The position numbers and the translations under genes were made by a program. From Candidatus Marinacidobacterales bacterium (GTDB lineage: Bacteria > Acidobacteriota > Vicinamibacteria > Marinacidobacterales > SMYC01), in the NCBI GenBank assembly GCA_965224085.1, contig CBDCYI010000009.1, forward strand, positions 672,001 to 736,000: a DNA stretch of 64,000 nt, written 5' to 3'. Every line of letters starts with the position of its first letter. The stretch's first letter is position 1. The notes below the pieces were generated by a model. That model was not told the origin of the DNA. It saw only the letters and a program-made list of their open reading frames with translations, and made no database searches. Positions 30,720 through 43,820 of the stretch are shown here, piece after piece.

Positions 30720-30900
30720 TCAGCGTAAGCTCTCGGCCACGCCCTTCACGGTCTCCGCGAGTGAGTGCAGTCGCGCCTGGCTGCGTCCGCTAGCGGCGGC
30801 GCTATCGCCTTCGAGCTCGGTGGCCAGAGCGTCGAGCTGGCTCGAAGTCGGGCCACTATCCTGCGTGTCGTCGGCAAGCATCCGATCAGCACGATCGATG
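30720..30900 (-). pseudogene. C-terminal helical fragment of an unrelated protein (resembles LVIVD-protein C-termini) fused to the radical SAM relic
   Basis: SQLDALATELEGDSAAASGRSQARLHSLAETVKGVAESLR follows EVWD in frame. Confidence 0.4.
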
Positions 30901-31764
30901 TCCCAAACTTCGAGATTGGCGTTGTGAACCGTGACACCCGCGTCACGCAGACGCTTGACGCTCTCCATCGGTTGCGATTCCGATGGGGATGCGGTTGCCG
31001 ATGCGCTCGCGGATGGCTTCGATGTAAGGAAGATTGAAGTCCGTCGCGTTGTCGGGCCCGCGCTGCACCTTTCGGAGGATCGAGCCGCCCGTCATGATGA
31101 TGGTGATGAGACTGTGCTCGGGACGGGTCTCGCGCGCCATCTCTCCAATGACCGCGACGACTTTTACTGGGTCTTTGATCGCGTCGGCGGTGACCTGATC
31201 GCCGGTCAATGCACGCAGCTCTCGGACGTGATTGTTGATGTCGCAGAACTTGCACTCCTCCTGATCACCCCTGTAATGGCAGACCCGGAAAGTGGTGATG
31301 AACGCGTAGTGATTGTAGAGAAGCGGGATGACCTGCTCGTAAAGCGTTCCGTCCTCGCATCGTTTGCCCTAGTAGGACGGCTTCTCGGGAAAACTTGCTT
31401 CCGCAACGGGCGTGCCGTTCTCGCAAATCGTTGGCTTTCCCTCGACGACATCGATCGCGTAAGGCGATTTCGTCGAGAGCACGACCCGCACCGAAGTCGG
31501 GCGCAGACCATACGGACCTCCGTGGAAGCGGATGTCCTCGGGCGCTTTCGTGCTCACTCCGTCCGCCAACTCGTCGTGCGATGAGATGTTGTAGGAAAAA
31601 AAATAGTAGGCTTGCTCGCGGCAACCTTTCGAAAGCTCCATAGCGTCCCGGGTGACGTTCAGGCCGAGACGAAGGAGGTCTTCTTTGAGAATGACCTCTT
31701 CGGGAACGTCGGGATCTTTCTTCGCGTAACTCTCCACGGTGGGAAGCGTCGTTGTTGTGGCCAT
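30901..31764 (-). pseudogene. Radical SAM protein with CX8CX2C motif; in-frame TAG, frameshift, 3'-truncated
   Basis: The frame continues past TAG (31369-31371) into CHYRGDQEECKFC (31243-31281) and IMTGGS. It shifts near 30970 to VKRLRDAGV...NLEVWD. Confidence 0.75.
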
Positions 31765-31781
31765 TCCGTTGACTCCTCGGC

Positions 31782-32182
31782 CTATGCGGGTGGCTTCCAG
31801 TCCGGTAGCAGAATGCCGAACACGTAGCTGGGTTCATCGCACCGGAGCACCTCGAAGCAGTGCCGCACCCCGGGCGGGATGAAGACGGCGAAGGGCGATG
31901 CGACGTCGAACGTCTCACCGTCCATCTCGACGCGCACGACCACGCTTCCGCGCTCTTCGGAAGCGGCTAAATAAATCTCGGGGCGATCGTGCACGTGCGG
32001 CTCGGCGTACGGACGCCCGACACTTTGGCTAGCATCCAGACCAGCGACACGGAGATCAACGCCGGGGAACATCCCGGGCGCGAGCCAAAATGGTGCGGGC
32101 TCGGCGTGGCCGGGAACGGCAACCGCTTCGGAAGGTCGGTGACGACCAAGCTCGCGAGCTTCGCGGGAATGTCGTTCGCCAT
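31782..32182 (-). pseudogene. Cupin-fold protein, frameshift near 32115
   Basis: PHVHDRPEIY...FIPPGVRH metal motifs; the N-terminus MANDIPAKL is in another frame. Confidence 0.7.
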
Positions 32183-32217
32183 GCCGCATTCTATAGCGGA
32201 AGCCATTTCTGTCGCTC

Positions 32218-33438
32218 CTACAGGAATCGCGACGCTGAGACGGAGACGACGTCTCTCTTTTGTGCTTCAAGCTCGCCGTGTCGCTTCACGAGTTGAACGA
32301 TGGGTATGCCTCCGAGCTTGGCCGCAAAAAGCCGATGGTGGCTCTCCACCGACGTCTTCCTCAGTTTGCATTCGAGCAAGCACCAGGGTTTGCGACGCCT
32401 CGTAAGGAGGAAGTCAGTTTCCTTGCCGTCGCGCGTCCGTACGAAATGGAGTCCCCATTCGACGTCGCCGCTTTCCGTCCACAAGTGCGTCCGAGCGAGC
32501 AGCTCTGACGCGACGAGATTCTCGAAGCGGGCGGCCGGATCTTCGATAGTGCTCCACTCGTATAGATAGATCTTGGACTCTCGCTTGACGGGCCGCGTCA
32601 GTTTCCGAACATACGGTGTGAGCGCGAACGTTACCAGAAGCCGCTCGAGGTGATGCATCATGCCTTTGACGGTCGCGTGGGCCACTTCGAGATCCTCGCG
32701 CACGGCGTTGATCGAGAACGACGATCCCACGCGCCACGGAATGAACTCGATGAGAGACTCGACGACATCGAGATCCCGCAAGCGCGTCAAGTCTCGAATG
32801 TCGCCTCGAACGACGGCGTCGAGGTAGCTTCGGCGCCACAACGAGGCGAATCGACGGTTGGCTTTGAGGAGTGGCTCCGGGAAAGGTCCAAACTGAAACA
32901 GCTGGTCGAAGCCGTCTTGCGCCGCTTTGGCGTCGTTACCGTGAAGGCGCTCCTCGATCCAGTGACGAGCGTCGGTCGGAGCCGTCGCCGCTGGTCGGCC
33001 GAGGAGCTCGCCTAGCAGGATCGTCGAGAGTCGGAACAGAAAATAGCGGCCCGCCGATGAATCGCCAGCACGACGAAAGAGCTCCAGGCGGGCGCTTCCA
33101 GTGACCAGGATGTGAAGGCGCTTAGCATCCTCGTCATAAACGCCCTTGAGGATGTTCTTCCACTGGCGTTGTTTGTGGATCTCGTCGAAGCAAATCCAGA
33201 GATTTCGACGACCCTTCGTCGCAGCTCGATAGAACAAACTGTCTTCCCGGTAGCGCTTGCGCGTTTCAGGAACGTCCCAGTTGAACAGCAAATGCTCAGA
33301 CCGGTGGCGCGCAAGGATTGTTCGCGCCAGAGTCGTTTTGCCCGACTGCCTTGGTCCCCCGACGAATCGCATTTTTGGGTCGAGAGCGCGGTCCTCGACG
33401 ATGGACGCAAGCCACCGTTCTATCATAGTATTTGACAT
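32218..33438 (-). CDS. AAA+ ATPase with DUF4143 domain (copy 2)
   Basis: GPRQSGKTT, FDEIHK, VTGSAR, FENLVA and ETDFL...LECK. Confidence 0.9.
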   Translation of the reverse strand: MSNTMIERWLASIVEDRALDPKMRFVGGPRQSGKTTLARTILARHRSEHLLFNWDVPETRKRYREDSLFYRAATKGRRNLWICFDEIHKQRQWKNILKGVYDEDAKRLHILVTGSARLELFRRAGDSSAGRYFLFRLSTILLGELLGRPAATAPTDARHWIEERLHGNDAKAAQDGFDQLFQFGPFPEPLLKANRRFASLWRRSYLDAVVRGDIRDLTRLRDLDVVESLIEFIPWRVGSSFSINAVREDLEVAHATVKGMMHHLERLLVTFALTPYVRKLTRPVKRESKIYLYEWSTIEDPAARFENLVASELLARTHLWTESGDVEWGLHFVRTRDGKETDFLLTRRRKPWCLLECKLRKTSVESHHRLFAAKLGGIPIVQLVKRHGELEAQKRDVVSVSASRFL

Positions 33439-33463
33439 TATTACATATATATCAAAAAAAGAC

Positions 33464-33497
33464 GTGTCTAATTTAGATATATATCAAATATAGACAC
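33464..33497. promoter_or_regulatory. AT-rich palindromic operator upstream of AAA/DUF4143 copy 2
   Basis: GTGTCTAATTTAGATATATATCAAATATAGACAC; the half-site ATATATATCAAA is repeated at about 33445. Confidence 0.55.
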
Positions 33498-33606
33498 AAT
33501 CTACACAATCGGGTTATCGGTCGAATGACTTTTGTTGCGGTCTCCCCTACAATCCTCGCTCTTGGGGCGTCACTGGGATATCAATCCCGAATCGAAAGGC
33601 AATCTC

Positions 33607-34398
33607 ATGAAGTCTGCACTTGTACTCTTACTGACGCTAGTCGCTGTCGCAGAGGCGCCCGATACGGTGTTTCTCGATGAGCTCACTTGGACCGAAGTTC
33701 GGGACAAGCTCGAGAGCGGCACGGACACGATTATCGTTGCCACCGCGGGAACGGAACAAAACGGCCCGCACATGGTGCTCGGCAAGCACAAGTTCATCAT
33801 CCGCGCTGCAGCGGAGCAGATCGCGCGCGAGCTCGGTAATACACTCGTCTCGCCGGTCATCACGCACGTTCCTGAAGGCGGCCTCGATCCGCCGACGGGT
33901 CACATGCGCTACAAGGGCGCCATCACGCTTCCGAATCCTTATTTCATGAAGCTCGTGGAATACACCGCCCGGAGCCACAAGGCGTCCGGTTTTACGAAGA
34001 TCGTGTTCATCGGCGATAGCGGTGGCAATCAGCGCGGCATGAAGGAAGTAGCGGATGTGCTCAACGAGGAGTGGCGCGGCGGTCCGACGCGCGTGCTCTT
34101 CGTCGCGGATTACTACTCGAATAACGGTTTTCGCGAGTGGCTCGAATCACAGGGCCAGGACGCGGTGTCCATCGGTCGACACGCCGGTATCTCCGACACG
34201 TCACAGCTCCTCGCGGTGGCGCCCCAGCATATCCGCCTCGATGAACGGAAGCCGGGTGGTGGGTTCGAAGGCAGCGGCGTGAGCGGCGACCCGAGCAAAG
34301 CCTCCGCTGAGTACGGCAAGAAAGGCATCGCGCTCAAGGTCGAGACCGCCGTCCGTGAGATCAAGAGGATGATTGCCGAGGCGGAGGCATCGAGATAG
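33607..34398 (+). CDS. Creatininase/mycofactocin-peptidase family protein (secreted)
   Basis: LTWTEV, GTEQNGPHM, GDSGGNQ and HAGISDTS; signal peptide. Confidence 0.85.
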   Translation: MKSALVLLLTLVAVAEAPDTVFLDELTWTEVRDKLESGTDTIIVATAGTEQNGPHMVLGKHKFIIRAAAEQIARELGNTLVSPVITHVPEGGLDPPTGHMRYKGAITLPNPYFMKLVEYTARSHKASGFTKIVFIGDSGGNQRGMKEVADVLNEEWRGGPTRVLFVADYYSNNGFREWLESQGQDAVSIGRHAGISDTSQLLAVAPQHIRLDERKPGGGFEGSGVSGDPSKASAEYGKKGIALKVETAVREIKRMIAEAEASR

Positions 34399-34412
34399 AC
34401 AAACTCTTCGAA

Positions 34413-37232
<2,820 letters not shown>

Positions 37233-37244
37233 AATAGACGACTT

Positions 37245-38384
37245 ATGAAACTCGACAGCCAGCGCCACCTCTTCGACATCCCCGATGACATTACTTACTT
37301 GAACTGCGGCTATATGTCGCCGCTGATGCACGCGGTACGAGATGCAGGCGTCGCTGGGTTGACGCGCAAATGCCAACCGTGGACGATCTCTGCTCGCGAT
37401 TTCTACACCGGGTCCGACGCTCTCAGGGACGCGTTTGCGTCGCTAGTGCACGCCGAGCCTGAAGACATTGCCATCGAGCCGTCGGCGAGCTACGGGATGT
37501 CCACCGCCGCTAGGAATCTCCCGCTCTCGAAAGGGCAAAGTGTCATTGTCGTCGAGGATCAGTTTCCGTCACACGTCTATCCGTGGCGAGAGCGCGCCAA
37601 GGACGTCGGCGCCGAGGTCCGCACGCTGAAGCGCCCGAAGGACGACGATTGGAACGAGACCGTGCTCGCGGCCATCGACAGCACGACGGCCGTTTTGGCG
37701 CTCCCTCAGTGTCACTGGACCGACGGGGGCTTGTTCGACCTCGAACGGTTGTCTTCCGTTTGCCGCCAGAAGAGTATCGGGCTCGCGCTTGATGTGACGC
37801 AGTCCGCCGGGGCCTACCCTATCGACGTGCGAGCCATTCAGCCTGACTTCATGACCGCGGCAACCTACAAATGGCTCATGGGCCCGTACTCGCTTGGCTT
37901 GCTCTACGTCTCGAAGCGCTGGCAAGAAGAGGGGCGGCCCATCGAGCACAATTGGGTCCACCGCAAGAACGCTGAGAATTTTGCGCGGCTCGTCGACTAT
38001 GAGGACGCGTATGAGGCGGGTGCGGTGCGTTTCGACGTTGGCGAACGTTCGAATTTCGCGCTCGTCCCCGCGGCCGAAGCGGGTATTCGGCAGCTTCTGA
38101 CTTGGGGCGTCGAGAACATTGCCGAGACGCTTTCCGGCCTGACGGCATCCATCGCCGAGCGCGCGCGTGACTTGGGGCTCGACTCCGTGCCCGCGGACAA
38201 ACGCGCGGGCCACTATCTCGGTTTGAAGAGGGCCGGCGGTCTCCCCGAGGATCTATTGGCCAAGCTGGCAGAGCGCCGCGTATACTTGAGCGTGCGCGGC
38301 CCTTCGATTCGGGTGACGCCGAATGTCTTCAACGACGCTCGCGATGCGGACCGTTTATTGGCCGCACTCGAAGAGGTCTTGTAA
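37245..38384 (+). CDS. Class V PLP aminotransferase (kynureninase/cysteine desulfurase-like)
   Basis: YLNCGYMSP, DVTQSAGA and ATYKWLMGPY. Confidence 0.88.
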   Translation: MKLDSQRHLFDIPDDITYLNCGYMSPLMHAVRDAGVAGLTRKCQPWTISARDFYTGSDALRDAFASLVHAEPEDIAIEPSASYGMSTAARNLPLSKGQSVIVVEDQFPSHVYPWRERAKDVGAEVRTLKRPKDDDWNETVLAAIDSTTAVLALPQCHWTDGGLFDLERLSSVCRQKSIGLALDVTQSAGAYPIDVRAIQPDFMTAATYKWLMGPYSLGLLYVSKRWQEEGRPIEHNWVHRKNAENFARLVDYEDAYEAGAVRFDVGERSNFALVPAAEAGIRQLLTWGVENIAETLSGLTASIAERARDLGLDSVPADKRAGHYLGLKRAGGLPEDLLAKLAERRVYLSVRGPSIRVTPNVFNDARDADRLLAALEEVL

Positions 38385-38399
38385 AATACCGCGCGTCCG

Positions 38400-39278
38400 A
38401 TGAAGGTCTATCTCGACGCCGTCCGCGAAGTGCTCGAGACCGGCACGCGCAAGGAAAGCCGCACCGGGGTGGATACGCTCTCGACGTTCAACGTTCATTA
38501 TGAAATCGATCTCGCCGAGGGCTTCCCGCTTCTAACGACGAAGAAGATCTCGTGGAAGAACATCGTCGTGGAGAACTTGTGGTTTCTATCGGGCGATCGC
38601 CATATCGGGCTTCTGAAGAAACACGGCTGCAAGTTCTGGGATCCTTGGGCGGATGAAGAAGGCCGTGTGCCGAGCGCCTATGGCAACTTCTGGCGTCATT
38701 TTCCCGTGCACGAATCGGGGGAAGCGCGCTTCAACGACCAAATCGCGTGGGTCCTCGCCGAGATCGAGCGAAACCCGATGTCGCGCCGCCTGGTCGTCAC
38801 GGCATGGGCGCCGGGCAACGCTCAGACGAGCCAGCTCCCGCCCTGCCACTGCTTCTTCGTGCTCAACGTGCAGAATCACCCAGACGGTGAGCCTCGGCTC
38901 AATCTTCACCTCACGCAGCGAAGCAACGACATCGGGCTCGGCGTTCCCTACAACATCGCAGGCTACAGTTTTCTCCTCGAGCTGTTCTCGCACTTTACCG
39001 GGATTCGGCCAGGCGTTTTCGGACAAGCGCTCGTCGACGCCCACATCTATACGGCGAAGGCGGACGGCTCGATGGCCGAGTACGACCACGTTCCCGGGCT
39101 AAAAGAGCAGCTGACGCGCGAGCCGCGCTCGTTGCCGAGACTTCGAATCTCGCCAGACTTGCGCTCGCTCGACGACATCGAGGCGCTTCTCCATGAAGAC
39201 ACCGAAACCGTGATGCGCCACTTCGAGCTGGAGGGCTACGACCCGCATCCGGCCATTGCCTTCAAGGTGGCTGTTTGA
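38400..39278 (+). CDS. thyA: Thymidylate synthase
   Basis: RTGVDT, GFPLLTTKK, SRRLVV.AW, LPPCH, QRSND.GLGVPYNIA and DAHIY. Confidence 0.95.
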   Translation: MKVYLDAVREVLETGTRKESRTGVDTLSTFNVHYEIDLAEGFPLLTTKKISWKNIVVENLWFLSGDRHIGLLKKHGCKFWDPWADEEGRVPSAYGNFWRHFPVHESGEARFNDQIAWVLAEIERNPMSRRLVVTAWAPGNAQTSQLPPCHCFFVLNVQNHPDGEPRLNLHLTQRSNDIGLGVPYNIAGYSFLLELFSHFTGIRPGVFGQALVDAHIYTAKADGSMAEYDHVPGLKEQLTREPRSLPRLRISPDLRSLDDIEALLHEDTETVMRHFELEGYDPHPAIAFKVAV

Positions 39279-39763
39279 GTCACGGCCGCGGAATCATTGC
39301 GGCGGTCTCACCCGAAGGCGTCATCGGCGTGGATGGTGGCATTCCGTGGCGCTACTCGGAAGACTTCAAGAGGTTCAAACGGCTCACGATCGGGACCACG
39401 ATCATCATGGGACGCCTCACGTGGGAGTCGCTCCCAAACAAGCCGCTCGTCGGTCGCCGAAACGTCGTGATCACGCGACGCCAAATCGAGGGTGTCGAGT
39501 GCTTTCCCGATATTGCATCAGCTCTCGCGATTTGCGAGGGCGATGTCTGGTTCATCGGAGGCGCACGCATCTATCAAGAGGCGATGCGCTTTGCCGACTT
39601 TATCGATTTGACCTATGTGCCCGATCGCGTCGAGACGCCAGGCGCGGTCTACTTTCCCGAGATCGACGAGGCGACGTGGGAAGCCGGACCGCTCGAGCCC
39701 GATCCGGAGAACAGCCAATTGAAGCGCCACGTCTATCGCCGCAGAAAGAGAGAGTCCACTTGA
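39275..39763 (+). CDS. folA: Dihydrofolate reductase
   Basis: GVIG..G.IPW...DFKRFKRLT, IMGRLTWESL, GRRNVVIT and IGGARIY. Confidence 0.93.
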   Translation: MSHGRGIIAAVSPEGVIGVDGGIPWRYSEDFKRFKRLTIGTTIIMGRLTWESLPNKPLVGRRNVVITRRQIEGVECFPDIASALAICEGDVWFIGGARIYQEAMRFADFIDLTYVPDRVETPGAVYFPEIDEATWEAGPLEPDPENSQLKRHVYRRRKREST

Positions 39764-40155
39764 GTGATACGAAACACACCTTCGTGACGAGCGAGGATCT
39801 TCCGAGCCCTCTCGGACCTTATTCCCCCGGGGCCACTCTCGGCGAGCTCATCTTCGTTTCCGGCCAGGGCGCTGTCGACCCCAAGACCGGCGAGCTCGCG
39901 GGACATGATGTGGTGTCTCAGACGGAGCAAGTGTTCAAGAATATCGAGACCATCTTGAAGGCGGCTGGCTCCGACTTGAAGCACATCCTTCGCTGCGGCG
40001 TGTTCCTCGCCGATATCGACGAGTTCGCGAAGATGAACGGGGTCTACGAGCGCATGATGGATGGACACAAACCGGCACGCACGACCGTCCAAGCCGGGGC
40101 GCTTCCGATGAAGGGTCTGCGAGTGGAAATCGACGCCATCGCCTACAAGAAGTAG
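39760..40155 (+). CDS. RidA/YjgF family enamine deaminase
   Basis: GPYS, FVSGQ, F..MN.VY, PARTTV and VEIDAIA. Confidence 0.9.
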   Translation: MSDTKHTFVTSEDLPSPLGPYSPGATLGELIFVSGQGAVDPKTGELAGHDVVSQTEQVFKNIETILKAAGSDLKHILRCGVFLADIDEFAKMNGVYERMMDGHKPARTTVQAGALPMKGLRVEIDAIAYKK

Positions 40156-40282
40156 GTCGCCCGTCGCCGCTCTAGACTAGCAGGCACACACATCCCTCGA
40201 CCCCACCGGGCTCGATGTGGCCGTGACGGGCGAGGTCGTCTCTGCCTTTCTCAAGGATGAGGTTTTGGAAACAGACACCATG

Positions 40283-41476
40283 CTATTTTCGATTCGCGAT
40301 GCGCTGCCGCCGGCCACTGCCTCGAAGAAGCTGCATGACCTTGCCTCCCTCGGCCAGTGAAGTGAGAGGCAAGACAGTGACACGCTCTGCGAGGGGGTAG
40401 ATCGTTTCCCCGGGATAGATCACCGCGAGGTGGTCGAGCGCGAGGTCCTCGAGCGCGATGTGCATCGAGCGTGTCATCCGCGAAGCATCGACTCGCTTGA
40501 GCTCGACACCGATCCGGCGTCCGTTCACGAAGAGCAGCAGGTCGAGCTCCGCGCCGCCGTGCGTTCCCCAGAAATAGAGGTCGTCCACATCTACGACCTT
40601 GAGAAGCTCTTCGAGCGCATAGCCCTCCCAGGATGCACCCGATTTCGGATGAGACAGTAGATCCTTGTGCGTCCGAATACCGAGAAGGTGATGGAGCAGA
40701 CCACTATCGCGCAAATACACTTTTGGGGATTTCACTTGCCGTTTCGCCAGATTCGCATGCCACGGTCTCAACTGCCGGACCATGAACAATCCGGCCAGCA
40801 AATCTAGGTAGCGTCGAACCGTGGGTTCGCTCACGCCGAGTGAGCGCGCGGGCTCGTCGGCGTTCCAGATTTGGCCGTGATAGTGGGCGAGCATCGTCCA
40901 GAATCGAAGTACCGCGACCGCGGGAATCGTGACACCGAGTTGTGGCAAATCCCGCTCGAGAAATGTCTGAACGAACAAGCGTCTCCAGCTGAAGCTGTCC
41001 TGAAGCGTTCGCGCCAGGTGTGAAAGAGGATAGCCTCCTCGTAACCAGTGTTGGGGAAGGGCATTTCCTCCCACTTCGCCAAGGCTGAACCCTGACAGGG
41101 TAATGGTCTCGATGCGTCCAGCCAGCGATTCGGAGGATTGGCGAATGAGCCCGGGAGACGCGCTTCCCAGAACAAGAAAACGGGCCGGTAGCGGTCTTCT
41201 GTCGACGAGAAACCTCAATATCTGGAAAAGCTCCGGCCGTCGCTGCACCTCATCGATGACCACCACCCCTCGGAGGCCGCGTAGGGAGGTCATCGGTTCG
41301 TCCAGCCGTGCGAGGCTCTCTGGTTCTTCCAGATCGAAGTAGTTGAGTGATTCCCCTGGGACAATTTGCCTCGCGAGAGTCGTCTTGCCGCATTGACGCG
41401 GACCGACCAGCGCGACGACGCGACTTCTTTTAAGCGCGCGCCGAATCTGCGAGACTGGGCCAGGGCGTCGAATCAC
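40283..41476 (-). CDS. AAA+ ATPase with DUF4143 domain (copy 3)
   Basis: GPRQCGKTT, IDEVQ, LGSAS, ESLAGR, RDSGL and ELDLL...VELK. Confidence 0.9.
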   Translation of the reverse strand: MIRRPGPVSQIRRALKRSRVVALVGPRQCGKTTLARQIVPGESLNYFDLEEPESLARLDEPMTSLRGLRGVVVIDEVQRRPELFQILRFLVDRRPLPARFLVLGSASPGLIRQSSESLAGRIETITLSGFSLGEVGGNALPQHWLRGGYPLSHLARTLQDSFSWRRLFVQTFLERDLPQLGVTIPAVAVLRFWTMLAHYHGQIWNADEPARSLGVSEPTVRRYLDLLAGLFMVRQLRPWHANLAKRQVKSPKVYLRDSGLLHHLLGIRTHKDLLSHPKSGASWEGYALEELLKVVDVDDLYFWGTHGGAELDLLLFVNGRRIGVELKRVDASRMTRSMHIALEDLALDHLAVIYPGETIYPLAERVTVLPLTSLAEGGKVMQLLRGSGRRQRIANRK

Positions 41477-41549
41477 CGGTCAAATTGTACCATGAAAAAC
41501 GAACGGATACTGTTCGATTTTCGCGGTATACGTCACGCAACGCCACCAC

Positions 41550-41638
41550 TGTAATCCCCGAAAATTCCGGTGCTCCGGGGTTTAGCTTTTATCCTTAATC
41601 GTTTGATTTCAAATAGATCAGACTTTTCGGGGATTACA
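41550..41638. mobile_element. 89-bp MITE with 15-bp perfect terminal IRs
   Basis: TGTAATCCCCGAAAA ... TTTTCGGGGATTACA, with an internal IHF consensus at 41596-41608. Confidence 0.7.
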
Positions 41639-41639
41639 A

Positions 41640-43820
41640 TCATTGTTCGGTGCTGCTCTCCTCGGTATCGACGAGGCGAACGGCCCAAAGACCGCTGTGG
41701 AAGTCCGCGAAGAAGATGTGCCCCTTGTGCGGTTGGGCACCCCAGACGAACGGGGCGTTCGGCACGAAGCCGGCGCTGTCGTCGGAGTAGAATTTCGCGA
41801 TCTCCCGCCCTTGACCGTACAAGTCGCCCAGCAACTCGCCGGAGACGTCGACTACCCGAAGGCCGGCATTGAAGTGGCCAACGTACATGACCTCCTGCTC
41901 CCAATCAATCCAGTAGTTGTGAGGCCCGGCCTCCGGAACCTGGTAGCGAGCCACTTCCCGCGGCCGCTCCTTATCGGTGAAGTCCGCGATATGGATCCAC
42001 CCCATCGCGCGGCTGGGTACGCGCTGTTTCCAGGAAATGATCTCCCCGGGCACGCGCGGGTTGAACGGGTGGGCTTCGTCCCCGGCGAAGACGTAGAACT
42101 TGCCGGCCGACTTGCTCTTAAACGGCCATACGGAGTGGTTCCAACCGGTGAGCTGAGGCAACCGGCTCATCTCGACGGGCCGTGCCGGCGAGCCGCCCAT
42201 GTCGCCGCCGCCGACGTCCAGGAGAATCAGCGAATCCGTGTTGCCTGCCTGGTAGGCGATCCCGTCGCGTACCCAAACGTCGTGTACGGATCGGCCCGGC
42301 GTCGAGGTCTCGAAACGAGCCGCGCGAGCCGGACTCTTCGGATCCTCGACGTTGATCACGTCCCACCGCCGGCCGTTGTTCACCGCGTAGATATGATTCT
42401 CATGAATGAAAACGTTGTGCACCCCGCCGGTGAGCTGATCGTCGTATCTGGACAGAATCGTGACGTTACGCGGATCGCTTACATCCAGAATGACGAGCCC
42501 GTTTTTCCGGTTGGAAGCGCCTTCGCGGCTGATCACGCAGATCCGACCGTCCTTGGAGACCTTGACGTCATTGACCGTCCTCGCGTCGACCTGCACGATG
42601 TCGATCCTCTGCATGTTGGCGGGATCGGTGACGTCGTAAAAGTAGGCGTGGCCATCGGCGTTCCACGTGCCGTGCACCGCGTAGTCTCGCCCGTCCACGC
42701 CCTCCCAGACCCAGAGGTCCGAGGTGACGCGGTCGCGTACGGGGGCATGACCCACGAACTCGACCCGCTTCTTCACGTTGCGAGGAGCGATCCGAACGGT
42801 CCGCTCCGCGACGAGAGTTCCGGACATGGCCACTACCGTGTAGAGGCCCGCCTGTTCCGCGACGAACCGCCCGTCTGGGGTTACCTGCGCCGGCGCCCCC
42901 GCCCCCACGGTCTCTGGCCGACTCGGATCGGAGAAGGCCTGGAGCGTGTAACGGATGGGCGCCTCGGCAACGGTCCTTTGCCCGCCGTCCCTGGCCACCG
43001 CCTCGAAATGGATCACGTCGCCGGTGCGCGCCGCGTCTCGAGAAGCGGTCAGCTCTAGCGAGCGGGCTGGATTCGCCTCGATCTTCAGCTCCATCTGCGC
43101 CGAGACGCCTTCGGCGGTGGTCGCGGTCAGCGTTACGCTTCCCGGTGCCAGCGCCGACAAGATTCCCGTTGCGTCCGATGGAAACAGCTCGGGTCGAGGA
43201 CGACGATACTGCGGGTGTGCGTCTGCCGAACCCTGAAAGGTGGGTCCGAAGCTCACAGCTCTTGCGATCGAAGGGTCGCTCACCGTTAGCTCCGCGCGAA
43301 CGTCTTGTCGATTCTGGTTGACATCGGTTCCCGTGACAGCAACGGGCACCACCGCGCCCACGTGGAGCCTTGCAGGGACGTCACCGAACTCGAGTCGTGC
43401 GAGGGGAGACGGCGTTACTTTGACGGGGACCGAGACGCGGATCCCGGGAACGCCGCGCAGCGACACGTCGGCTTCCAGACGTTCCGAGGGGCACAGCGCC
43501 ACGACGGTGTGCTCACCGGCGCGGCGGGCCTCCACCCTGCCCGCCGGCGTCACCGTCACCGAGGAGCGGCCGGTGGAGAAGAAGATCACCGGGGCATTCG
43601 GTAAGACGTTGCCGCTGGCGTCTTTGACCAGGGCCGTCAGTTGAGCCGTCTCGCCGGCCCTGAGTTCCAGTGAGCTCGGCGTCACTTCGATGGAATCGGG
43701 CGTGCCGGCGGGCTGCGTCGGCGCAGGTAGAGCCGCCGCCAAGGCACTCGGCATCGCCGCCAACATCAGCCAGCAGCATCGCGTCACAACGGGTCTCATC
43801 GTTTTGGCCTCCGACTTCAT
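41640..43820 (-). CDS. Secreted Ig-like + LVIVD-type beta-propeller protein (paralogue B)
   Basis: Signal peptide and Ig-like repeats, then SDLWVWEG.DGRDYA, GGVHN, VHDVW, WNHSVWP, GPHNYW and GLRVVDVS. Start at 43820 or 43799. Confidence 0.8.
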   Translation of the reverse strand: MKSEAKTMRPVVTRCCWLMLAAMPSALAAALPAPTQPAGTPDSIEVTPSSLELRAGETAQLTALVKDASGNVLPNAPVIFFSTGRSSVTVTPAGRVEARRAGEHTVVALCPSERLEADVSLRGVPGIRVSVPVKVTPSPLARLEFGDVPARLHVGAVVPVAVTGTDVNQNRQDVRAELTVSDPSIARAVSFGPTFQGSADAHPQYRRPRPELFPSDATGILSALAPGSVTLTATTAEGVSAQMELKIEANPARSLELTASRDAARTGDVIHFEAVARDGGQRTVAEAPIRYTLQAFSDPSRPETVGAGAPAQVTPDGRFVAEQAGLYTVVAMSGTLVAERTVRIAPRNVKKRVEFVGHAPVRDRVTSDLWVWEGVDGRDYAVHGTWNADGHAYFYDVTDPANMQRIDIVQVDARTVNDVKVSKDGRICVISREGASNRKNGLVILDVSDPRNVTILSRYDDQLTGGVHNVFIHENHIYAVNNGRRWDVINVEDPKSPARAARFETSTPGRSVHDVWVRDGIAYQAGNTDSLILLDVGGGDMGGSPARPVEMSRLPQLTGWNHSVWPFKSKSAGKFYVFAGDEAHPFNPRVPGEIISWKQRVPSRAMGWIHIADFTDKERPREVARYQVPEAGPHNYWIDWEQEVMYVGHFNAGLRVVDVSGELLGDLYGQGREIAKFYSDDSAGFVPNAPFVWGAQPHKGHIFFADFHSGLWAVRLVDTEESSTEQ

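Noticed and set aside
31369-31371. Pyrrolysine recoding or an alternative genetic code
   Set aside because: TAG terminates many intact genes here (gcvT, nitrilase, selB), and this gene has other lesions.
38400-39278. ThyA homologue as a DNA base-modifying hydroxymethylase
   Set aside because: It keeps the dUMP-specific Asn and is coupled to folA, so it is a canonical thymidylate synthase.
39256-40155. 299-aa RidA with long N-terminal extension
   Set aside because: The extension is an off-frame overlap of folA; the real start is TTG 39760.
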